Assembly (NCBI GenBank): GCA_046339235.1
Contig: JBKDUW010000155.1
Coordinates: forward strand, 1 to 47,729
DNA: 47,729 bases
Reading direction: 5' to 3'
Origin: Erythrobacteraceae bacterium
GTDB taxonomy: Bacteria > Pseudomonadota > Alphaproteobacteria > Sphingomonadales > Sphingomonadaceae
Of the stretch, positions 40,478 through 47,729 are shown in pieces; the first letter of the stretch is position 1, and each line of letters opens with the position of its first letter. The notes under the pieces were generated by a model. That model had not been told where the DNA came from. It worked only from the letters and a program-made list of their open reading frames with translations, and did not search any database. A program made the translations under genes and the position numbers.

Positions 40478-41731
40478 ATGGCCACCGCCCCTGCCTCGAC
40501 TGCGCCCCTGCGCAAGGCTCTCTCAGAGCGCGAGCTGATGTGGATGATGGCGCTGCTGATGGCCTTGAATGCCTTCGGGATCGACGCGATTTTGCCTGCA
40601 TTGGATGCGCTGGCGGCTGATCTCGGGGTGTCGGGCAATGACCGTCAATTCGTGATCGGGGTCTATCTCCTCACCGCCGGGATCGGCGCGCTGGCGCCGG
40701 GCGCGCTGGCTGACCGCTTCGGGCGGCGGCCGATCCTCTTGGGCTCGATCGCGGTCTATATCGTGCTGTCGGTCGCCAGTGCGATGGCGCCCACTTACGA
40801 TGCGCTGATCGCTGTGCGCGCGGCGCAGGGCTTCTTTGCCGCCGGCATCGTCGCGCTGCCGCCCGCGATCATCCGCGACCGGGTGGGCGGCGACAAGATG
40901 GCCAAGATGATGAGCCTGATCTTCGTGATCTTCCTGATGGTGCCCGCGGTCGCGCCGACCATCGGGGAGGGCATCCTGCAGCTCGGCAACTGGCGCGCGA
41001 TCTTCGGCTTTATGGCGGTGCTGGGTGTGGCCGTGGGCGCGTGGGTGCATTTCCGCCTGCCCGAGAGCCTCGCCGAACAAAACCGCCAGCCGATCCATCT
41101 CGGCACCATCGCCGCCAACATGACCCGCGCTCTCTCGACCCCGAGCGTGGCGGGCTACGTGCTCGGTTCTGCGCTGGTGTTCGGCGCCCTGTTCGGCTTC
41201 ATCAATTCCTCGCAGCAGCTGATCACCCAGACCATTGGCGCGGGCGACATCTTCCCGATAGTGTTCGCGATCTGCGCCGGATCGATGGCGTTCGCGAGCT
41301 GGTCCAACGCGCGCATCGTCGAACGCTTCGGCGCGCGGCGGGTGAGCCACACGGCGCTGTTCGCCTTCATCGTGGTGAGCGCGGTGCAGGTGATGTTCGC
41401 CTTCCAGCCCGACGAGAGCCTATGGCAGTTCGTCCCGCTGATGGCGATCAACATGGCGCTCTTGGGCTTCATCGGCAGCAATTTCGGCGCGATCGCGATG
41501 AACCCGTTCTTTGCGATCGCCGGCGCGGCCAGCTCTGCGCACGGCTTCGTGCGCATGACCATGGCCGCGCTGCTGGGCGGGGCGATCGGTTACGCGTTTG
41601 ACGGCACTGCGCGCCCGCTGGCGCTGGCGCTGCTGGCGAGCGGGCTGGCGTGCCTCGTTCTGGTGCTGTGGAGCGAGAAGGGCAAGCTGTTCGGGCCTTC
41701 GGATGCCGAGGCGGGGATGGGTAGGGGTTAG
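40478..41731 (+). CDS. Bcr/CflA-family multidrug efflux MFS transporter
   Basis: IDAILPAL, motif A GALADRFGRRP, RAAQG, WRAIF, LPES; 12 TM. Confidence 0.88.
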   Translation: MATAPASTAPLRKALSERELMWMMALLMALNAFGIDAILPALDALAADLGVSGNDRQFVIGVYLLTAGIGALAPGALADRFGRRPILLGSIAVYIVLSVASAMAPTYDALIAVRAAQGFFAAGIVALPPAIIRDRVGGDKMAKMMSLIFVIFLMVPAVAPTIGEGILQLGNWRAIFGFMAVLGVAVGAWVHFRLPESLAEQNRQPIHLGTIAANMTRALSTPSVAGYVLGSALVFGALFGFINSSQQLITQTIGAGDIFPIVFAICAGSMAFASWSNARIVERFGARRVSHTALFAFIVVSAVQVMFAFQPDESLWQFVPLMAINMALLGFIGSNFGAIAMNPFFAIAGAASSAHGFVRMTMAALLGGAIGYAFDGTARPLALALLASGLACLVLVLWSEKGKLFGPSDAEAGMGRG

Positions 41732-43281
41732 GCCTCCGCGCCCAGCCTCCGCCAAGCCAGCCCGGCAAACTCGCACAGCAAGGGCCGCGTGTCGCGCGGG
41801 TCGATGATGTCCTCGACATTGAACCTTTCCGCGCTGCGGAACGGCGAAGTCATCTTCGCCAGCCTTGCGCGGATTTCCTCCAGCAGCGCCGCAGGGTCTT
41901 CGGCAGCTTCGAGCTCGGATTTGTAGGCGACTTCCAAGCCGCCCGCGATGGGCAGGCTCCCCCAGTCGCCGCTCGGCCAGCAATAGCGATACTGATACCT
42001 CTCGGCGTTGCTCATGGCGCTCCCCGCGATGCCATAGGCGCGGCGCATGACGATGCTGGCTAGCGGCACGGTGGCGCGGTAGATCGCGTTCATGGCATTG
42101 ACGCCGTAGCGGATCGTCCCCGCAACTTCCGCCTCGCGCCCGATCATGAAGCCGGGGTTATCGACGAGGTGGACGATCGGCAGGCGGAACTGGTCGGCGA
42201 GGCGGACGAAGCGTTCGACCTTCTCGCTGGTCTTGGCCTCCCATGACCCGCCGAGATAGCTCGGATCGCTCGCCACCACGCAGACCGGCCAGCCATCGAG
42301 CCGCGCAAAGGCGGTGATCGCGGCGCGGCCCCAGTGCTTGCCGATCTCGAACACGGTGCCGGCGTCGAACAGCATCTCCATGCAGCGTCGCATCGAATAG
42401 ACCTGCTTGGGATCGCGCGGCACGAGTTTGAGCAACGCCTCCTCGCGGCGGTCCGCGGGGTCGGTGCATTCCGCGCGGCGCGCAGGCTGGCCGACATATT
42501 CGGGCATGAACCCGAGGAAATGCCGCGCCCGGGCAAAGGCTTCGGCTTCGCTCGCGACCTCGTCATCGACCACGCCGTTGCGGGTGTGGATTTCCGACCC
42601 GCCGAGCCGTTCCTTGGCTTCCTCGTGATTGGCCGCGCCGTCCTTGTAGGCCTCGCCCAAGCCATCGACCACGGCAGGCCCGGCGGCGAAGATCTGGCTG
42701 AGGCCCTTGACCATGATCGAATAGTGGCTCGCCACAGTGCGTGCCGCGCCGAGGCCTGCGGTCGGCCCGAGCGCGAGCGCGACCACCGGCACAGTGTCGA
42801 GATTGGTCACCACATCGCCCCAGCCGGGCACGGCGGGGATATAGGTCGCGCCGATCTGTTCCAATGTCTTCACCGACCCGCCGCCGCCCGTGCCGTCGAT
42901 CATGCGGATGATCGGGAGCTTGAGCTGATGCGCCATCATCTCGGCCTGCACCATCTTGCGCGCAATCCCAGCATCCGCCGCGCCGCCGCGAATGGTGAAG
43001 TCGTCCGCCGTGGCGACCACCGGGCGGCCATTGATCAGCGCCTTGCCGAACAGGAACGGGGCGGGGGTGACGCTGGCGAGGTCGCCGTTGGCGTCATACC
43101 TGGCGGAACCAGCGATCTTGCCGATTTCGCGGAAGGAGCCTTCGTCGCATAACGCAGCGAGCCGCGCGCGGGCGTCCATCTTGCCGCGCGAGTGCTGGCG
43201 CGCAACCTTGTCTGCGCCGCCCATCTGCTCGGCCAGCGCCTCGCGCGCGCGCAGTTCTTCGAGTTCCTTGGCCCAGGTCAT
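41728..43281 (-). CDS. Acyl-CoA carboxylase, carboxyltransferase (beta) subunit
   Basis: MGG..KVARQH.RGK, DFTIRGG, LGG...H..NGV.D, DNPGFMIG, IIDPRDTR. Confidence 0.9.
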   Translation of the reverse strand: MTWAKELEELRAREALAEQMGGADKVARQHSRGKMDARARLAALCDEGSFREIGKIAGSARYDANGDLASVTPAPFLFGKALINGRPVVATADDFTIRGGAADAGIARKMVQAEMMAHQLKLPIIRMIDGTGGGGSVKTLEQIGATYIPAVPGWGDVVTNLDTVPVVALALGPTAGLGAARTVASHYSIMVKGLSQIFAAGPAVVDGLGEAYKDGAANHEEAKERLGGSEIHTRNGVVDDEVASEAEAFARARHFLGFMPEYVGQPARRAECTDPADRREEALLKLVPRDPKQVYSMRRCMEMLFDAGTVFEIGKHWGRAAITAFARLDGWPVCVVASDPSYLGGSWEAKTSEKVERFVRLADQFRLPIVHLVDNPGFMIGREAEVAGTIRYGVNAMNAIYRATVPLASIVMRRAYGIAGSAMSNAERYQYRYCWPSGDWGSLPIAGGLEVAYKSELEAAEDPAALLEEIRARLAKMTSPFRSAERFNVEDIIDPRDTRPLLCEFAGLAWRRLGAEA

Positions 43282-43296
43282 TCCCTCTCCCTCACC

Positions 43297-43401
43297 TCGT
43301 CATTGCGAGGAGCCGCAGGCGACGCGGCAATCCATGGTCGGACGGCGCGCCGGGATGCGAGGTCGGGTCATGGATTGCTTCGCTGACGCTCGCAATGACG
43401 A
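43297..43401. repeat. Palindromic intergenic repeat (REP/MITE-like), copy 1
   Basis: TCGTCATTGCGAG...GCAATCCATG...CATGGATTGC...CTCGCAATGACGA nested inverted repeats. Confidence 0.85.
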
Positions 43402-43415
43402 AAACGAGGGGAGGG

Positions 43416-45290
43416 TCACTCCCCTGCAGGCACCACGCGGCACAACACCGCCTCGACCTGCACCTGCCCGCCTGCGGTGACCGTCAGCCCCTCGACCACT
43501 CCGTTGAAGGGCGCAGGTAGGGCGTGTTCCATCTTCATCGCCTCGAGCACCAACAGCCGTTGCCCGGCGGTGACGGACTGACCTTCGGAGACATCGACGG
43601 CTATGACCTTGCCCGGCATCGGCGCAAGGATCGCGCCATCGGCGGCGGAGGCTTGGCCTTCCCCATGCGGATTATGCTGGCCAATGGCGAAGGCGATACC
43701 CTTTGCACTCACCAAAGCCATGGTCGGTGTGGCGGACGACGACCAGACATCGTCGAACCAATCATCAGGAATGCGTGCTTCGACAGGGCCAGATTCCGTC
43801 GTCAAAAGCACTGACTTCTTGGGATTTGAATTCAAGCGAAAGCCAGTCAAAGGCGCCTGCTGCACACCAACGTATTCGCGTTGGAGATGCAGCGCGGCCG
43901 TCTCAAGCATGTCCTTGGTGGGCTGGCTGTCAGGGATCAAACCATCACCGCGCGCCGCGATGAGGCCTGTAGTCATCATGCCTTCAAGAAATTCGGCGTC
44001 TTCGAGCAGGCGATAAAGGAAGCCAGCGTTCGACTTCACCGGCCAGACAGCGGTGCCATCCAAAACTTGCTTCAAGTCCTCGATGGCGTGGTCGCGATCT
44101 GGAGCCCACGCGATGATCTTGGCGATCATCGGATCATAGAATGGCGAGACGGTCGCGCCTTCTTCGACCCCGGTGTCGACGCGTTCGTCGTCGGGAATAT
44201 GGAAGCGTTCCAACCGCCCCGTGCTCGGCAAAAACCCCTTGGCTGGGTCCTCTGCATAGAGCCGCGCCTCGATCGCATGGCCGTTGATCGACAGCTCCTC
44301 CTGCCGCTTGGGCAGCGGCTCCCCGCTCGCAACCCGCAGCTGCCATTCGACCAGATCGACCCCGGTGATCTCCTCGGTGACGGGGTGCTCGACCTGAAGG
44401 CGGGTGTTCATCTCCATGAAGAAGATGCGGTCGGCGCGCAGGCCTTCGCTCGCGTCGGCGATGAACTCGATCGTGCCTGCGCCCTCGTAATCGACCGCCT
44501 TGGCGGCGCGCACGGCGGCGGCGCAGATGGCTTGGCGGGTGGCGGCGTCCATGCCTGGAGCGGGGGCTTCCTCGATCACCTTTTGGTGGCGGCGCTGGAG
44601 CGAGCAGTCGCGCTCGAACAGGTGGACGACATTGCCGTGGCTATCGCCGAACACCTGCACCTCGATATGGCGGGGCGAGGTGATCCACTTCTCCAGCAGC
44701 ACCTCGTCATTGCCGAAGCTGGCCTTGGCCTCGCGGCGGCAGGATTCGAGGCTCGCGGCGAAATCAGCGGGGGCATCGACCTTGCGCATCCCCTTGCCGC
44801 CGCCGCCCGCGACCGCCTTGATCAGGACGGGATACCCGATCGCCTCGGCCTCGGCAGTGAGGCGTTCAAGCGACTGGTCCGCGCCGAGATAGCCGGGCGT
44901 GACGGGAACGCGCGCCTCGATCATGCGCGCCTTGGCCGCGTCCTTCAGGCCCATCGCGCGGATGCTCGCAGGCTTGGGGCCGACCCAGACGAAACCAGCA
45001 TCAAGCACGCCCTGCGCGAAGTCGGCATTCTCCGACAGGAACCCGTACCCGGGGTGAATCGCATCCGCCCCCGTCGCCTGCGCCGCCGCGATGATCTTCG
45101 CGCCGACCAGATAACTCTCGGCCGCAGGCGAGGGGCCGATATGCACGCTCTCGTCAGCGACACGCACGTGGAGCGCCTTGGCATCGGCATCGGAATAAAC
45201 CGCGACCGTCGCCACGCCCATCGCGCGCGCGGTGCGGATAATGCGGCAGGCAATCTCGCCGCGATTGGCGATCAGGAGTTTGGTTATCAT
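43416..45290 (-). CDS. Acyl-CoA carboxylase alpha subunit (biotin carboxylase + biotin carrier)
   Basis: LIANRGEIA, HPGYGFLSEN, GGGGKGM, ERDCSLQRRHQK, EMNTRLQVEH, biotinyl motif EAMKM. Confidence 0.95.
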   Translation of the reverse strand: MITKLLIANRGEIACRIIRTARAMGVATVAVYSDADAKALHVRVADESVHIGPSPAAESYLVGAKIIAAAQATGADAIHPGYGFLSENADFAQGVLDAGFVWVGPKPASIRAMGLKDAAKARMIEARVPVTPGYLGADQSLERLTAEAEAIGYPVLIKAVAGGGGKGMRKVDAPADFAASLESCRREAKASFGNDEVLLEKWITSPRHIEVQVFGDSHGNVVHLFERDCSLQRRHQKVIEEAPAPGMDAATRQAICAAAVRAAKAVDYEGAGTIEFIADASEGLRADRIFFMEMNTRLQVEHPVTEEITGVDLVEWQLRVASGEPLPKRQEELSINGHAIEARLYAEDPAKGFLPSTGRLERFHIPDDERVDTGVEEGATVSPFYDPMIAKIIAWAPDRDHAIEDLKQVLDGTAVWPVKSNAGFLYRLLEDAEFLEGMMTTGLIAARGDGLIPDSQPTKDMLETAALHLQREYVGVQQAPLTGFRLNSNPKKSVLLTTESGPVEARIPDDWFDDVWSSSATPTMALVSAKGIAFAIGQHNPHGEGQASAADGAILAPMPGKVIAVDVSEGQSVTAGQRLLVLEAMKMEHALPAPFNGVVEGLTVTAGGQVQVEAVLCRVVPAGE

Positions 45291-45760
45291 TGTGCCGCTC
45301 CGCAGCCGGTGGCGAGGTGGCTGTAGGTGATGGTTGCGATCTTCCACGCGCCGTCGATCCGCATCAGCGTGAAGATGTCCACCCCGCAATGGCTGCGCTT
45401 GCCGTCGATGATGAAATCGTAATCGGCACGGACCGTCGCCACGGGGCCATCGACCGTTACCACTTCGCCGCGCAGCGGTTCGGATACGGGGACGGGAATG
45501 CTCGACACCGAAGCGATCAACTGCGCCATGGGGATCAGACCGACGCGGTCTGCGCCGTCTCGTTCTTCGACCTTGGCGACGAAGCCGGGCTCGGTGACAT
45601 GGGCGCGCATGGCTGCGGCGTCCTTGGCGGCAAGGCCGCGCATGAAAGCCTCAACCGTGGCTAGCACGGCTGCCTCGTCGGAGTTGCGATCAGGCGCGGG
45701 CTCGGCAGCGAGCGGTGCGGCGGCGGCGAGCGCGAGAGCGGTTGCGAGAATGGCTTTCAT
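45287..45760 (-). CDS. Secreted NTF2/SnoaL-like protein
   Basis: Signal peptide; HCGVDIFTLMRIDGAWKI C-terminal pattern; ATGA-coupled to the carboxylase. Confidence 0.75.
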   Translation of the reverse strand: MKAILATALALAAAAPLAAEPAPDRNSDEAAVLATVEAFMRGLAAKDAAAMRAHVTEPGFVAKVEERDGADRVGLIPMAQLIASVSSIPVPVSEPLRGEVVTVDGPVATVRADYDFIIDGKRSHCGVDIFTLMRIDGAWKIATITYSHLATGCGAAQ

Positions 45761-45783
45761 GCCCGCTTGGTTAGCCGCTTTTT

Positions 45784-45896
45784 TTCGTCATTGCGAGCCG
45801 GAGGCGAAGCAGTCCATGACCTAACATCACTGCGGATGGCGAGGCTGGTTCATGGATTGCCGCGTCGCCCCTCACGGGGCTTCTCGCAATGACGAA
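45784..45896. repeat. Palindromic intergenic repeat, copy 2 (inverted relative to copy 1)
   Basis: TTCGTCATTGCGAG...TCCATGA...TCATGGATTGCCGCGTCGCC...CTCGCAATGACGAA. Confidence 0.85.
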
Positions 45897-45898
45897 GG

Positions 45899-46873
45899 CT
45901 AGGCCCGGGGTGACGGTGATGGGGACTTGGGCCGGTAATCCGCAATCCCCCAGTCGATCCCGCCTTTGGGCTTCTTCTCGCGGTTGAGCACCGCGGAAAG
46001 AAACGCGCGCACGCCGTAGAGCGCCTTTTCGCTGCGCGGCACGTAAGTGCGGCCGGCCCAGGCCTCGGGCCCGCGCGCCCTCACCTTGCGGCCGATCGCG
46101 CCATAGATGCGCGCCGCCGAGAGCACCGCCCAGCGGCTGCGGAAGGGGAGTTTGGCCGCACCAACCCGCGCCGCCGCCTCGTGCTTTTCCACCAAGGCAA
46201 CCAGCCGCGCGGCCATGTCGGCGAGTTCCTTGCGGTGGTGCGGCTTGGTGTGCTGGCCGGGCTCGATATCCTCTTCGGCGAGCCATTCCTGCGGCAGGTA
46301 GCAGCGCCCCGCCGCATCATCCTCGACGATATCGCGCGCGATGTTGGAGAGCTGGAAGGCGAGGCCGAGGTCATTGGCGCGGTCGAGCGTTTCCTGATCC
46401 TTGGAATCGACGCCCATCACCACCGCCATCATCACGCCGACCGCGCCCGCGACATGGTAGCAATAGCGCAGCATGTCGGCCTCGGTGCGTGGGCGCCAGT
46501 CTTCGGCGTCCAATTGGAAGCCCTCGATTACGTCCTCGGCCATCTGCGGGGTGAGACCCACTTCGGCCGCGACCACGCCCAATGCATCGAAGGCCGGATC
46601 GCCGGTCGGCAGGCCTTTGAAGGCGAGCGCCGTGAGGCGGCGGATCAGCGCGAGGCGCTGGCCCAAGTCGGACTGGTCGCCCAGCACCCCGCCCATGTCC
46701 TGATTATCGGCAATGTCGTCCGCGCGGCGGCACCAGGCGTAAAGCAGCCACGCGCGCTCGCGGGTTTCCTTGTCGAACAGCCGCGCGGCAGCGGAAAAGC
46801 TCTGTGATCCGCGCTTGATCGACAGCCGCGCATGTTCGACCAGCGCGGCACGGGTGGCAGCATCGACCCCCAT
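45899..46873 (-). CDS. crtB: Phytoene synthase
   Basis: GSQSF, LYAWCRRADDIAD, YCYHVAGAVG, LGLAFQLSNIARDIVED, GRCYLP. Confidence 0.95.
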   Translation of the reverse strand: MGVDAATRAALVEHARLSIKRGSQSFSAAARLFDKETRERAWLLYAWCRRADDIADNQDMGGVLGDQSDLGQRLALIRRLTALAFKGLPTGDPAFDALGVVAAEVGLTPQMAEDVIEGFQLDAEDWRPRTEADMLRYCYHVAGAVGVMMAVVMGVDSKDQETLDRANDLGLAFQLSNIARDIVEDDAAGRCYLPQEWLAEEDIEPGQHTKPHHRKELADMAARLVALVEKHEAAARVGAAKLPFRSRWAVLSAARIYGAIGRKVRARGPEAWAGRTYVPRSEKALYGVRAFLSAVLNREKKPKGGIDWGIADYRPKSPSPSPRA

Positions 46874-46882
46874 CGCGCCGCC

Positions 46883-47464
46883 CTACAGCTCCTCGGCCTT
46901 CATGCGGAAGATAGGGGTGTGCGGCTGGTAGGCCTCCATCTTGGCGAGCAGTTCGTGGATCGAGGTCGCCGCAATCAGGATGTTCTGGTGCGCGGGCCGC
47001 ACAAAGCCGACTTCGCCCATCTTGGCGTTGAAGGCGAGCAGGTGATCATAGAAGCCGAAAGCATTGAGCAGTCCGACCGGCTTGGTGTGATAGCCGAGCT
47101 GCGACCAGCTCAACGCCTCCCACAGCTCGTCCATCGTGCCGACCCCGCCGGGAATGGTGATGAAGCCGTCCGAGAGGTCGGTGAAGCGCTGCTTTCTCTC
47201 GTGCATCCCGCTGACGGTGACGAGTTCATCGCAATCATGGTTGGCGACTTCGGCCTTTACCAAGTGTTCGGGGATGATGCCGATCACCTCGCCGCCCGCA
47301 TCCTTCGCGCCCTTGGCGACCGCGCCCATCAGCCCGAGCTTGCCCCCGCCATAGACGACGCCAATGCCGCGCCCGGCCAATTCCGCGCCGACATCATAGG
47401 CCAGTTGGACATAGCGCGGATCCTCGGGCGAGGCCGAACCGCAATAGACGGCGAGACGTTTCAC
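46883..47464 (-). CDS. LOG family (TIGR00730) nucleotide phosphoribohydrolase
   Basis: VYCGS, VYGGG..GLMG, MHERK, PGGVGTMDE; GTG start overlaps the crtI stop. Confidence 0.92.
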   Translation of the reverse strand: MKRLAVYCGSASPEDPRYVQLAYDVGAELAGRGIGVVYGGGKLGLMGAVAKGAKDAGGEVIGIIPEHLVKAEVANHDCDELVTVSGMHERKQRFTDLSDGFITIPGGVGTMDELWEALSWSQLGYHTKPVGLLNAFGFYDHLLAFNAKMGEVGFVRPAHQNILIAATSIHELLAKMEAYQPHTPIFRMKAEEL

Positions 47465-47729
47465 GCGCCCGCCTTTACCGCTAGATCCTCCAGCATCAAC
47501 CCGGCGGTCGCCTTGGCGCTGCCGACCACCCCCGGAATGCCTGCGCCCGGATGGGTGCCGGCGCCGACGAGGTAGTAGTTGTCGATCACATCGTCGCGGT
47601 TGTGGCCGCGCAGGTAGGCGCTCTGCCATAGCACCGGCTCAAGGCTGAAGGCGCTGCCCATGTGGGCATTGAGGTCGTGCTTGAAGTCCTTTGGCGCGTA
47701 GCTGAACTTGGTGACGATCCGGCTGTGGA
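47461..47729 (-). CDS. crtI: Phytoene desaturase, C-terminal part (5' end outside window)
   Basis: GSAFSLEP.LWQSA..R.HNRD...YLVGAGTHPGAGIPGVVGSAKATA signature; adjacent to crtB. Confidence 0.93.
   Translation of the reverse strand, partial: HSRIVTKFSYAPKDFKHDLNAHMGSAFSLEPVLWQSAYLRGHNRDDVIDNYYLVGAGTHPGAGIPGVVGSAKATAGLMLEDLAVKAGA

Noticed and set aside
43297-45896. CRISPR array or composite transposon
   Set aside because: Only two dispersed palindromes; no repeat-spacer periodicity, cas genes or transposase.

Overview
A GC-rich alphaproteobacterial chromosomal window. Gene content and the crtI-LOG-crtB order suggest Erythrobacteraceae/Sphingomonadales (inference). Left arm: a tandem glycine riboswitch precedes gcvT-gcvH-[inserted GT-A glycosyltransferase]-gcvPA-gcvPB, followed by a flippase/NTP-transferase pair, mmsA, an M24 peptidase and an EEP protein. 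tRNA-Gly(CCC) is followed by an integrase N-terminal remnant and a ~12 kb trace-metal block with three apparent control modes: (1) Zur box > COG0523 GTPase-DUF1826-methyltransferase; (2) ModE-like palindrome > TonB-dependent receptor, with a convergent ModE-type wHTH gene; (3) DUF2946/CruR-like RGPP leader > DUF2244-PCuAC-SCO-TBDR-Tat-exported isocyanide-hydratase-like protein. Module 3 is the best candidate for an undescribed system (copper-isonitrile uptake and release). Right arm: Ntn acylase, two outer-membrane barrel genes sharing a structured 5' leader, ADH, SDR, a Pho-box-preceded TBDR-phytase-PhoX operon, pgl, Nudix, dinB, an MFS pump, acyl-CoA carboxylase genes with two palindromic repeats, and carotenoid genes. 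Two outer-membrane genes each carry one in-frame TAG in the same TCTAGG context. Family names come from motif recognition only; no searches were run.
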